From the IMG/VR virus record IMGVR_UViG_3300021962_000031: a stretch of DNA of 64,000 nt; one strand, 5' to 3'. Position 1 is the first letter of the stretch, and every line of letters starts with the position of its first letter. Made by a program: the position numbers and the translations under genes. A model generated the notes under the pieces. That model was not told where the DNA came from and made no database searches. It saw only the letters and a list, made by a program, of their open reading frames with translations. Source of the DNA: a virus. Shown here in pieces: positions 28,402 to 38,800 of the stretch.

Positions 28402-29378
28402 GTAATTTAACGAGATTATCCGGCGTCAGTCAGTATGGCGATCCCTTGGTTAGCGACCTGCTAGAATGGTCTTGCTACCAGTTCCTGGACTGGGGCCTTC
28501 TTGGCGTTGGCGCATTCACCAATGTGACTTTTCCGTCCGGCACCTACCCGTCCGGGGTGGGTTCTCACGCCGCCGAGCCGTATGTGCTTCGCCCGGCCCG
28601 CGATCCCCGATATACCGCCGGGCAGATTTGGGAAGGTTTTCGATCCAATTGGGTTTATGAATCCGGAGTGGATTACAACCGCCAACCCATCCAAATTAGC
28701 GGTATTTATGTCAACAATGTCTTTAGGTCGAAGAACACGGTTGGAGCTTCTGGGTACAAGATCAATTACCCAGAGGGCAGGGTGATTTTCAACACCCCCG
28801 TCCCGACTGGCTCTAGAGTCGCCTGCGAGTTTTCGTTCAAGAATGTCAGGATTGATATGGACGATGCTCAATGGTTTAAGGCTGTCCAGTTTGATTCTTT
28901 TAATCCTGCCGACCCCCAGTTCCAGTCTCCTGCTGGCTCCGGGGCTTGGGATGTGCTGTCCGCAAACCGCATTCAGCTTCCAGCCGTGGTTATTGGGGCC
29001 GTCCCCAGAGTAGACATGGAAGGCTTGCAGATGGGCAATCTGTCCCGGATGCACTATCAGGATGTGGTTTTTCACATCCTAGCCGAGACCAAATTTGACC
29101 GCAAGCAGCTTCACGACATCGTTGTCAACCAATGGCAGCGCAGGATTGAGGGTGTTGATAAGAAGAGATTGGCCACCGATAACCGCTTCCCCCTTACCTA
29201 CGATGGGCAAATCAATCCATCTGGCTGCACCTATCCGCAAATGGTCGAGCCAGCTGGTTCTGGTGCCTATGCTTGGCGTAAAATAACCTGGGAAGAAATA
29301 AAGTCTGCCGAGATGCCGTCCAAACCCCCCCTTTTCCGGGCTGTTGTTCGGGCTACTTTGTCTGTTGATCTGCCCTAG
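28398..29378 (+). CDS. Tail terminator-like protein
   Basis: Immediately before the tail tube gene; QLPAVVI and V.FHILAE...R..L motifs resemble terminator folds. Confidence 0.5.
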   Translation: MSNLTRLSGVSQYGDPLVSDLLEWSCYQFLDWGLLGVGAFTNVTFPSGTYPSGVGSHAAEPYVLRPARDPRYTAGQIWEGFRSNWVYESGVDYNRQPIQISGIYVNNVFRSKNTVGASGYKINYPEGRVIFNTPVPTGSRVACEFSFKNVRIDMDDAQWFKAVQFDSFNPADPQFQSPAGSGAWDVLSANRIQLPAVVIGAVPRVDMEGLQMGNLSRMHYQDVVFHILAETKFDRKQLHDIVVNQWQRRIEGVDKKRLATDNRFPLTYDGQINPSGCTYPQMVEPAGSGAYAWRKITWEEIKSAEMPSKPPLFRAVVRATLSVDLP

Positions 29379-29379
29379 C

Positions 29380-29389
29380 CGGTGTACTT
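29380..29389 (+). promoter_or_regulatory. CGGTGTACTT putative late promoter motif
   Basis: Intergenic, upstream of the tail tube gene. Confidence 0.55.
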
Positions 29390-29436
29390 GATTGCGGTAA
29401 GCCCATTGGGCCAATTCCCGAATCAAGGAGAACACC

Positions 29437-30414
29437 GTGGCAAACAATCGCGTATTTTACGCTATCACAGCTGTCGGAATCGGCCCGCACGGCGGTGCGC
29501 TGTCTTTTGACCGCGTTCGTGGCTTGCAGTCGGCGACGATTACGACTAATTACAACCTCGAAGCCGCTTACGAACTGGGCATGCTCAGCCTGTACCAGAA
29601 CATCGAAGGCGTGCCCGAAATCGAAGTCCAGCTTGAGAAAGTGCTGGACGGTTATCCCCTGATGTTCGATCTGGCTACTTCTGGCCGCGTCAACAACAGC
29701 TTGATTGGTCGCGCCAACTCCCGTTGCAACTTGGTGTTGTCGGTTCACAACGACACCGCCGTGTCTGCCAGCGGCACCCCGGTCGCCCAGTGCCTGGTTT
29801 CCGGCGCCTATGCCTCGGCCATCAGCTACAAGGCTGCGATGGACGGCAACGCCACCGAGTCGCTGACCCTAGTCGGCAACAACAAGGTGTGGCAGGCTGG
29901 CGGCAGCTACTGGACCCCCAACAGCCCCGCCTCTGAGTCTCCTGCGGCAGCTTCCGGCATCGTTCGTCGGCAGCATGTCCTCGTGGAAGATTCCACCTTC
30001 CCCAAGGTGATTCGCGGCGTGAACTCCAGCGGCAAGCTGGTGGAAATCCCCGGTTCTGGTTACGCCACCCACATCCAGTCGGTGAGCGTCAACTGCAACT
30101 TGGGCCGTGAGCAACTGATGGAACTCGGTCGCAAGGGGCCGTTCTTCCGCTATGTGAAGTTCCCAGTCGAAGTGACCTCCGAGTTTGAGGTTCTCTCCAA
30201 GGACGGCGACTTCACCGATGCCAACGACGGCAACGCCGACCAGCTGCTTGATGAGACCGTGATCATCAAGTTCGCCGACGGCACCACCATCGACCTCGGC
30301 ACCAAGAACAAGCTCCAGTCTGCCAACTATCAGGGTGGCGGTACTGACGGCGGCAACCGGACGGTGACCTACTCCTTCCGGACCTTCAACGACATGACCG
30401 TGACCAAGGTCTAA
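29437..30414 (+). CDS. Major tail (tube) protein
   Basis: GTG start with AAGGAG; MCP-like codon bias; internal duplication (GLQS....NLE..YELG / HIQS....LGRE...ELG); followed by a terminator. Confidence 0.75.
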   Translation: MANNRVFYAITAVGIGPHGGALSFDRVRGLQSATITTNYNLEAAYELGMLSLYQNIEGVPEIEVQLEKVLDGYPLMFDLATSGRVNNSLIGRANSRCNLVLSVHNDTAVSASGTPVAQCLVSGAYASAISYKAAMDGNATESLTLVGNNKVWQAGGSYWTPNSPASESPAAASGIVRRQHVLVEDSTFPKVIRGVNSSGKLVEIPGSGYATHIQSVSVNCNLGREQLMELGRKGPFFRYVKFPVEVTSEFEVLSKDGDFTDANDGNADQLLDETVIIKFADGTTIDLGTKNKLQSANYQGGGTDGGNRTVTYSFRTFNDMTVTKV

Positions 30415-30439
30415 GCTTGACGGTTAGTAAAGGATGACG

Positions 30440-30470
30440 GAGGGGGGGCCGTAAGGCCCCCTCTTCTTTT
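30440..30470 (+). terminator. Terminator after the tail tube gene
   Basis: GGGGGCC-GTAA-GGCCCCC stem followed by TCTTCTTTT. Confidence 0.75.
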
Positions 30471-30480
30471 GGAGGATGCC

Positions 30481-31524
30481 TTGGATTTTGACCTGTTGAT
30501 CGCCCGCATCATTGCGGGTTGTTTTCGCTTTATATGCGAAGGGCGGCGTTTTCTTGTCCGCCAGCCCGGTCGCTTGCGCCGCTACAAGGCCCAACAAGTC
30601 TATTGCGAAGCCCTTGAGGAAGCCATTATAGATGAACTATACAGTGATGACGAAATCAATGTCATGCTGCGAGAAAACGGCCTTTGGGATGACGAAAAAG
30701 AAAGTCAGCTGAAAATACTCTATGACGATGTGGACAAGCTAAAAACCAATTTGTTCAAATCGTTTTTCAAATCAAGAGATCGCGAAAACATACGCAAAGC
30801 ACTTAATGTCGCTCGATCTGAAATCAATTCACTACTTTTGCAAAAGAACATCTATGCCCCCATGGGTGCGACCGGCTTTGCCCAAGTTGCCCGCACCCGC
30901 TATTTGGTAGGTAGTGGTTTGTACGACGACAAGGGAAGGCGGGTTTGGAAGGATGATGATTTTTACCGGGGGAACGATACCCTTCTGGATGACGCTGTCA
31001 CAGCTTATTCTGAGTCTCAAATCTTTGATTGGCAGATGAGGGCGATTGCAAGGTCTGACCAATGGCGTTCTGTGTGGAATTGCAAGTCTGCGTGCGGCGA
31101 TGTGTTCGGTCGCTCGGCAGTAGATTTGACAGAAGAACAGCGTCAACTCCTATCCTGGTCCCAGCTTTACGACTCCGTTGCTGAACACCCCACCCCGCCT
31201 GACGACAGCATTATCAAAGATGATGATGCCTTTGATGGCTGGATGATTATCCAACGCAAGGAGCGTGAGAGACAGCGACGAGAAGCTACGGCTGAAGGCA
31301 CCCTCAATGGCTTAAAGCTTCCAGATTCAGGCGAAATTTTCCTCGTTGCCGAGACTGACGAGGATTTACAAAACATTGAATCTTTGAACAGCCCCCAGGC
31401 TGCTGCGATTAAAAGAGAGAGACTGGCGCACATCGCCAAAAAGGGCGAGGTCGAAGAGCAGCACATGCCCGATTCCAAGCGGGAAATCATGATGATGGCT
31501 CAGCGGGCTTTGCCAGGTAAGTAA
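30481..31524 (+). CDS. Tail assembly chaperone-like protein A
   Basis: TTG start after GGAGG (30471-30475); helical; EHP.PP.D.II.DDDAFDGW motif; lies between tube and TMP genes. Confidence 0.55.
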   Translation: MDFDLLIARIIAGCFRFICEGRRFLVRQPGRLRRYKAQQVYCEALEEAIIDELYSDDEINVMLRENGLWDDEKESQLKILYDDVDKLKTNLFKSFFKSRDRENIRKALNVARSEINSLLLQKNIYAPMGATGFAQVARTRYLVGSGLYDDKGRRVWKDDDFYRGNDTLLDDAVTAYSESQIFDWQMRAIARSDQWRSVWNCKSACGDVFGRSAVDLTEEQRQLLSWSQLYDSVAEHPTPPDDSIIKDDDAFDGWMIIQRKERERQRREATAEGTLNGLKLPDSGEIFLVAETDEDLQNIESLNSPQAAAIKRERLAHIAKKGEVEEQHMPDSKREIMMMAQRALPGK

Positions 31525-31535
31525 GGAGGACCCCT

Positions 31536-31901
31536 GTGGATGCTTATAACCAGATGGAGGCCGCTGCGGATGCGGCCCGTCGAACAGAGGAGGAGGCGAT
31601 AAAAAATCACGAGCGAAACTCGAGAACTCGCCTCCAAAGAATCCTCGCTACGAAAATGCGAACCGCTTTCATTGGTGCTTTAAGTGCCGTGGAACAAAGT
31701 TTCGGTGAGTTGTGGGGCCATAACGGCTCACCGACACAGCGGGAAGCAGACAAGGAAAAGTGGAAGCAGATATGGGAAACCTGTCGTTCCGCAATCCTGA
31801 ACAACGGCAACGCCCAGCTGCGTGCTGTCGAATCGGAACTGGCCCAGTATTCGGTTAGCTGGAACCGTTGTCAGAAGACCCTACCTGTGGAGGAGGAATG
31901 A
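31536..31901 (+). CDS. Hypothetical helical protein in the chaperone region
   Basis: GTG start with AAGGAGG RBS. Confidence 0.6.
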   Translation: MDAYNQMEAAADAARRTEEEAIKNHERNSRTRLQRILATKMRTAFIGALSAVEQSFGELWGHNGSPTQREADKEKWKQIWETCRSAILNNGNAQLRAVESELAQYSVSWNRCQKTLPVEEE

Positions 31902-32737
31902 TGAGCGCCAATAAGAAGGTGATTAAGGTTGAGATTGGTGGCAAGGAAGTCGAACTGGCTGTCTTGCGACCGAATGCAAAAGTGCGCCAGGACGCCCAGA
32001 AAGTCTACAACAAGGCTTTTCGGGATGCCGTTGAGTCCGGAGCCATTCTTCGGGCCAAAATTGAGTCGGTGATGCGGGAACAAAAGCTTTGGGACGATGC
32101 CAAAGAGGCAGGACTCCGCAAGCTGCAAGGCCAGATCGCCGAAAAAGAGCGCAAAATACGCAGCGGTGGCATCAAGCTCTCGGAGGCCCGAGAAATGGCC
32201 ATCCAGCTTCGCCGGGATCGTGATGAACTCCGTGCCCTCAATTCCGAGCGGATGAGCCTGGACAACAACTCCTGTGAGGCTCAGGCCGACAACGCCCAGT
32301 TCAACTTCTTCGTGTCGGCGTGTACTGTTCACGCCAACGATGGGAAGCCCTATTTCAAGTCCTACGAGGACTACATGACCAAGGAGGATGACCCCGCCGT
32401 TGGACCGGCCGCATCCGCTTTGGCCAAGATCATTTACAACCTGGAAGACGACTACGAGAAGAAGCTGCCTGAAAACCAGTTTCTCCTCAAGTTCAAGTTC
32501 GCCGATGACAGCCTCCACCTCATCGACAAGCAGGGCCGGAAGATTGATGCCGATGGCCGACTTGTTGATCAGGAGGGCCGGTACATCAACGAGGCCGGGG
32601 AATATGTGGATCGGGAGGGGAACCGGGTGGATGCCGATGGCAACTATCTGGTGGATGAAAAGCCCTTCCTAGACGACGAAGGAAACCCGGTTTTGACCGA
32701 AGTTTCTACCTCCACCCCGGCTCCCGCCGCGGTGTAA
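31898..32737 (+). CDS. Tail assembly chaperone-like protein B with C-terminal DxxG heptad repeats
   Basis: GGAGGAGG RBS; N-terminal half similar to 30481-31524; directly before the TMP. Confidence 0.55.
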   Translation: MMSANKKVIKVEIGGKEVELAVLRPNAKVRQDAQKVYNKAFRDAVESGAILRAKIESVMREQKLWDDAKEAGLRKLQGQIAEKERKIRSGGIKLSEAREMAIQLRRDRDELRALNSERMSLDNNSCEAQADNAQFNFFVSACTVHANDGKPYFKSYEDYMTKEDDPAVGPAASALAKIIYNLEDDYEKKLPENQFLLKFKFADDSLHLIDKQGRKIDADGRLVDQEGRYINEAGEYVDREGNRVDADGNYLVDEKPFLDDEGNPVLTEVSTSTPAPAAV

Positions 32738-32763
32738 TTCCTGTTGAACCGGACAGGCTTTGC

Positions 32764-32814
32764 GGGCGGTGGTCTCTTCTCCTTCGTGAGGTAGGGCCGC
32801 CGCCCATTTATTTT
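32764..32814 (+). terminator. Stem-loop/attenuator upstream of the TMP
   Basis: GGGCGGTGGTC pairs (with G:U) to GGCCGCCGCCC, followed by ATTTATTTT. Confidence 0.45.
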
Positions 32815-32825
32815 GCGGGGTTAAT

Positions 32826-35800
32826 ATGTCATTTGATATCACAGGACAGCTAAATCTACGCCTCGCATCCGGGGCAATCCGCAATATTGCCAACGAAATT
32901 AACACGGGCCTTCGTGGCACAACCCGTGGCGTGTCCGTCCCTGTTCGGGCTGACATGAACAATATACGGGCGGTAAAGGAGGCAATCAGCGGAGCTGGCA
33001 CGGCCCTCGACAAGTTTGCTCAGCAGTCCGGTCTGGCATTTAAGCGTTTTGCAGCTTTCAGTTCGGCAGCAGTACCTTTTATCGCAGTAGCATCTGGAAT
33101 TCGCAATGCTGTAACTCAAGCCATTGAATTTGATAGGGAAATGGTTCGTCTTCGACAGGTGAGCGTTGAATCTGCATCAGAAGTGGCTCAGGTTGGTCAG
33201 GAAGTCACTCGTTTGGCTACGGCCTATGGTGTTTCCAGCAAAGAACTGATCAAAATGGCTGTGACATTGAAGCAAGCAGATTTTAACATCTATGAAACAA
33301 GAGATGCTCTTGAAGCTTTAGCAAAATCTGCCCTTGCCCCCAACTTTGATTCGATGGCTCAAACCGGTGAAGGTGCCATCGCTGTAATGAAACAGTTCCA
33401 AATCCAAGCAGCCGACCTAGACAAAGCTATAGGCTCAATGAATGCGGTAGCCGGAGCTTTTGCTGTCGAAGCAGGCGACTTGATTGAGGCCGTCCGAAGG
33501 ACGGGTGGCGCATTCAAGGCTACCGGTGGCGATCTCAATCAATTGCTTGCTTTGTTTACTTCTGTTCGTCAAACGACTCGCGAATCTGCTGAATCTATCG
33601 CAACCGGCTTGCGAACCATTTTTACTCGCATCCAGCGCAACGACACGGTAAACGCCCTAAAAGAGTTTGGCGTGAATCTCCGTTTCACTCGCCAGGAAGC
33701 CGAGCGGGCAGGAGACTTAGGTCTCACCAACCAATTTGTCGGGGCATATGAGGCCATTCGGAGACTTTCATCTGCGTTAACTCAGCTTCCAGAAGCCGAT
33801 CCGAGATACAGTGCTATCGTTGAAGATTTGGGCGGTTACCGGCAAATTTCAAAAGTGATTCCATTGATTCAGCAATGGTCAACGACCGAGCGAGCTTTGA
33901 TGGTGGCTGAAGCTGGTCGAGTAAGCCTAACTGTCAATGCTTCACAAGCAACAGAATCATACGCCAATCGATTAACTAAACTTCAAGAAAGTTATCTTTC
34001 GCTTGGGCGTTCCTTGATGGATAGCAATTCTTTCAAGGTAGCATTTTCTGGCTTTGAATCTCTTGCTAAAGGCATGCTGATGGTTTTAGAGGCGGCAAAG
34101 CCACTATTGCCCATGCTTACCGCAATGGCTTCAGCCAAATTAATTCAAAGTATTGCTCCAGTAGCGGCCAGATTCTATCAAGGAGTGACCTACAGCGATA
34201 AGGGTTCTCTATTGGCCCGCAATCAGGGTGGACCTGTTGGCTTTGCGTCTGGCGGTTTGGTTCCTGGTGTTGGCGACAAAGATACCGTTCCTAGCTCCAT
34301 CCCATCCGGCTCGTTTGTGGTTCGTAAATCTGCCGTTCAAAAGTTCGGTTCAGAAAATCTAGCTAGGCTTGGCAGCAAAGCAAATGTGATGCTGACGCCT
34401 GGCGAATATGTCTTCACTCCTGACCAAGCCAAGAAGATCGGTGCCCCTAGCCTCAATCAGATTAATCGCAATGGGAAATTGCCTGGTTATGCTTTGGGCG
34501 GGTTGTTCGACTATGTGAAATCCTACTTCGGCTCCCCCTCGTTGCCGGACGCCAATCAGACGGCTGCCCGCCCAACGGTTCGCTTGATCGACCAGATTTT
34601 GAAGCAAGGCAAGGACCCGAACAAAGAAGCCAAATTCCAGCAGTATGCTAGTCGCCTACAGAAAGAGGCGTTCAAATCAGGTAATTTTGCCGACTTGGCA
34701 AAAGTTATTCCTAGTTTGGCTGACACAAAGGTTGAATATGGGGTTTCATCAAAACCTCTAAGTAAAGCATACGGATTTGTTGACGCAAATGAACAAAAAA
34801 ATAAAGTATATATAACATCTAATTTGAAAAATGCACCGAACCCTTTGAGTACTGTTGTTCATGAAATGGCGCATGTTGCAGACCTAGCGGCTGGCCGAAA
34901 AATAGCTGGCAAGAAAACAGGTCGTAACTTTCTGTCTAATCAAGAAGGAACAGAAACAAATACTATCATTAAAAAATTGGCTCCGTTGTTTGAAAAAGGC
35001 TTGATGGGAATGGAGCCTGACGAGTTTAAGAATACGGGCAAAAACAAACAAGACTATATAAAATATCGCCTTCAACCACACGAGATTCTGGCCAAATCTG
35101 TCCAGGCAATGTCTTTGGAGAATCCTCTGGATGCCTTCAAGGACATGCAGGGGGTGACCAAAAAAGAACAGGCACAGCTGTTGGCTTTGGTTAAGGAGGT
35201 GGATCAGACCTTTCGTAAAGAAGTTGTCGAAAAAATGGGGGCGACCCAGCCAAAGGCTGACTCTGGGCCAACAAAGAAGGTTGAAGAAGCCAGAAAGAAA
35301 GTTGCATCTGTTGGCAAACAAATTAAGGATGCAGCCAAAAAAGTAAAAACACCGGATTCAGAACCAGTACCTGTTGCGGTTGCTGAACCAGCTGTCCAGC
35401 CCATGAGCAGGGAAGAGCGTCTTGAGTACCTCAAACGGCGTAAGGCCGAAATGGACGCAAAGGCAGAAGCAGACGCCAAACGCGATGTCCGGCAGGCCAT
35501 GCGCGATGAAGGAATTGCTCCCGCCCGTGGAAAACGCAAGAAAAAAGAAGGGCTTCCGGCCAAACCTGAAGTCATTGTAAAAGAACCGATCAGGGAAATT
35601 CTCAGCAACGAGAAAACGCCTGGTGGCACTTTTCCAGAAAACTCTCAGGGGTATTTGGCGGCTCACGCCATAACCGAGAGAATGAATCAGGGACGCGCAG
35701 AACGCCACAAAGCTGTTTTGCCTACAGGTGTTGCTGCTAGTGAATTGGCAACTGTTTCAATAAGTAAGGCTACCGACAAAATAACCGGCACCCGTGTTGC

Positions 35801-38800
35801 GCCTCCAGGCCTTACTAGAGAAGATCGTAAGCGTTATGAAGCTTATAGCTCTAAGGTATATGCCGAATTAAAAGAAGCAAGGTATTGGGGATTTAATTCC
35901 GTCAAGGAATATCGAGAGTTTAATGATTATTTTGGTAGGTTAGATGGTAGTGGACCTCCTGGTAAAGGCTCAATTCCTACTGGTGGTGGTGGTGGTGGTG
36001 GTGGTGGTGGTGGTGAACCTCCCAGCCCAACTACTCCTTCTGATGTGTCACCCGGCTCTCCTCCACCGCCCCCTAAAAAAAGGCGTGGTTACGCTGCTTT
36101 TAAATCTGAAATGAAATACCGGGAACTCATCGAATCGGCGATGAAGACTGGCAATCAAATTGGTGCTTACTCTACCGAAATGCCTCAATTTTCAGGCGAT
36201 CAGTCGATTAAGTTTTTGGGCGAACTGCGTAAAATGGGCGGTTATCGACCTCAAATGTTGCAGGAGTCTATTGAGCAGAATTTGCGCACCAACAATCCTG
36301 GCATGAACGAGAAAGGGATTCAGAAGGTCGCTGCGATGCAGACGACCCGCATCATGAAGGCAGCTGAACAGGTTAGTCGTGCCCAGGAGCGTCTTGGTCA
36401 AGTTAGCAACATTCGTGAGCAGGCAAATAGTCGAGCTGGAGACATAGATCAATATTTCCAGTTGAGTCGCAGCATCAATCGACTTCAAAAAAGGGCAGAT
36501 TTTGATCCCGAAGCTGTTGCTGAAGCAAAAAGACTAACTGCAACTCGTCAAGAAGTCGCAAAAAGAATTGCAGACAACGAAGGAATTGATTTTTCAGAAT
36601 TAGGAAAGGTTAGCAAGTCGGGTCGTGTGTCGGCCACAAAGTCGGCCCGAGACCTCCTTAAAGGATACCGTTCTGGATACGAGAGTGATGCCCGCGGCGC
36701 AACAGTAGAAGAGGCTCGACAAAGGGCTATTTTGGAAAAGAACCAGGAGAAACTGCAAGGCGTTGGCATATCTACTTCAATGGATGCTTCTGGCCAAGTT
36801 AAGATTAATTTCCGCGGAACTGATTCAGCTTATGGTGCCGGGACCATTCCTCCGCGCGCAAATATTAATAAAAACAATTTGGGCAAAATCCTGAACGATG
36901 AAGTTCAGAAAATTTATAATGCTATTGATCCCGCTGGTCGTGGGAAAAATATCAGCGATATTCAGAAAAAAGATATTTCTGAAAACGCCAAAAATAATGT
37001 TATGAAAAATTATGTTGATAATGTTAGCTTACAAATTCAACAACAATATAAAATTAAAGATGCTGAGTCGGCCAGGCTAATTGCGACTCAAAAATTTGAA
37101 CATGCACTACGAAGCGGCGCAGAAATTGTTGTTAAGAACAATCAAATTTTTGATGCAGATGCCCTGAAGCAAGGTTATAAGGGTGGTTTAAGACAAAAAT
37201 TTGCCAATGTTTTTTCTTCCACGCAAGGCGCACTAGGTAATGCATTTTCTTCTCAGTCTGGCTTTTTGGGCGGTCAAGTAATTGCTAGTTATGTGTCGAA
37301 CGCATTGTCTAATCTTGCTGGTAGCGCAGACAATGCGGCCGCCAACGACAGAGGCGGTTCTTATAAGGCAGCCAGAGTTTTAAGCGGCGGATTGTCGGGT
37401 CTTGTGACTGGCGCACAGATTGGTTCTGCTTTTGGGCCACTTGGTGCCGGAATCGGTGCTGCAACTGGTGGACTTTTTGGGCTGGTAAATTCATTCAAAG
37501 AAGCTGCTCAAGAAATATCAGATGCAAAAATTGGATTGGCACTCAAGAAAACTACGGATGCACTTTCCAATTTCGCCAAAGGTACTTATGCACTCACTCC
37601 TCAAAATGCCAAGACAATTGATACTAATTTTAACACAATTGATCGTGAAATAGCCGCTAAATCTGGAAGAAATACATCTTACCTTTTTGGTTTGGTTTCT
37701 GGTTCTCAAGAAAATTTTCAGACAGAATTAACCAAAAATATGCGAGAATCAATGGCTGGCCAAGCCACTTCTATGATGGATGCTCTGACTAAATTGATCC
37801 AAGATCAGGCTGTTCGTAATGTGGGAAATGCCGATATTCAAGATATGGCATCTATTCGTAAAGATTTTGATTTAGCACTTGCTCAAAATGGAGGAATAGG
37901 TTCTCGACTCTTTTCAAGAGTTGCTACGGCCACGGAACAAGACCCTGAAATGTTCCGAAAAACCTTGCTTGACATGTTTCAAAGGTCTAAAGAAAGCGAA
38001 GTCTTAAAAAGAAGGCAGCAGACATCAGAAACAGAAATCAATCGATCCACAGCTACATTTGGCGGTTTGTCTTCTGCTGTCGAAGTTGCCACTCAAAGAT
38101 TAACGAGGATGACTACATCCTTGAAGAATGTGTCGGATTTCATGGACGGCAGCATCACTCCATTTTCCGGTTCTGGTTTGACAGAAGCCCTACAAAGACC
38201 TCTTGGTTCTGACCGCGAAGATTTTATGGGCGCTGTTAGGTCTATTACCAAAACTGCCGGTGTGGCTGGTGGAGATGTCGAAAAAACAGCTGACGCTGTC
38301 ACCGTTGCCGGAAGACTTTTGCCAAGCATTATTAATGCCGTGCGTTCTCAGCCCGTCGCCAATTTGGCCACAGGGGCTGACATTAGTGTGCAAATAGGTG
38401 AAAATCTCAGAAAAGGTTTAGCCGCTCGCGGTATTGATAACACTTCAGCAGCCATGGTTACCAACATGGTCTCAAGCCAGTTGGGATCAGAAGATTTTAG
38501 CAAAATGCTTCGTGAGACTGGCCAGGACATGGGCAAGTTGATTCAGAAGCTCCTAGGACCAATGGCAGAACCGCTCAAGCAATCCTTTACGGAAATTGCT
38601 AAAAATCTTGATGAACGCGGTCGTATGTTTGCAGAAGGCTTGTCTGAACTCGCCAATAGAACGCGTGCTGTCGGCGAGTTGATGGACAAAGCCAATATGG
38701 CAGAAATTGCTTCGGTGCGTAATCGGATTCAATTTGGTGTCAGGAGACGCCTGATTTCTGAAGATGCAGCCGATGCTGGCTTATTTAACGCAAGCCAAAA

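Noticed and set aside
36060-36090. PPKKRR resembling a nuclear localisation signal
   Set aside because: A short basic motif in a low-complexity linker of a bacteriophage protein; likely chance.
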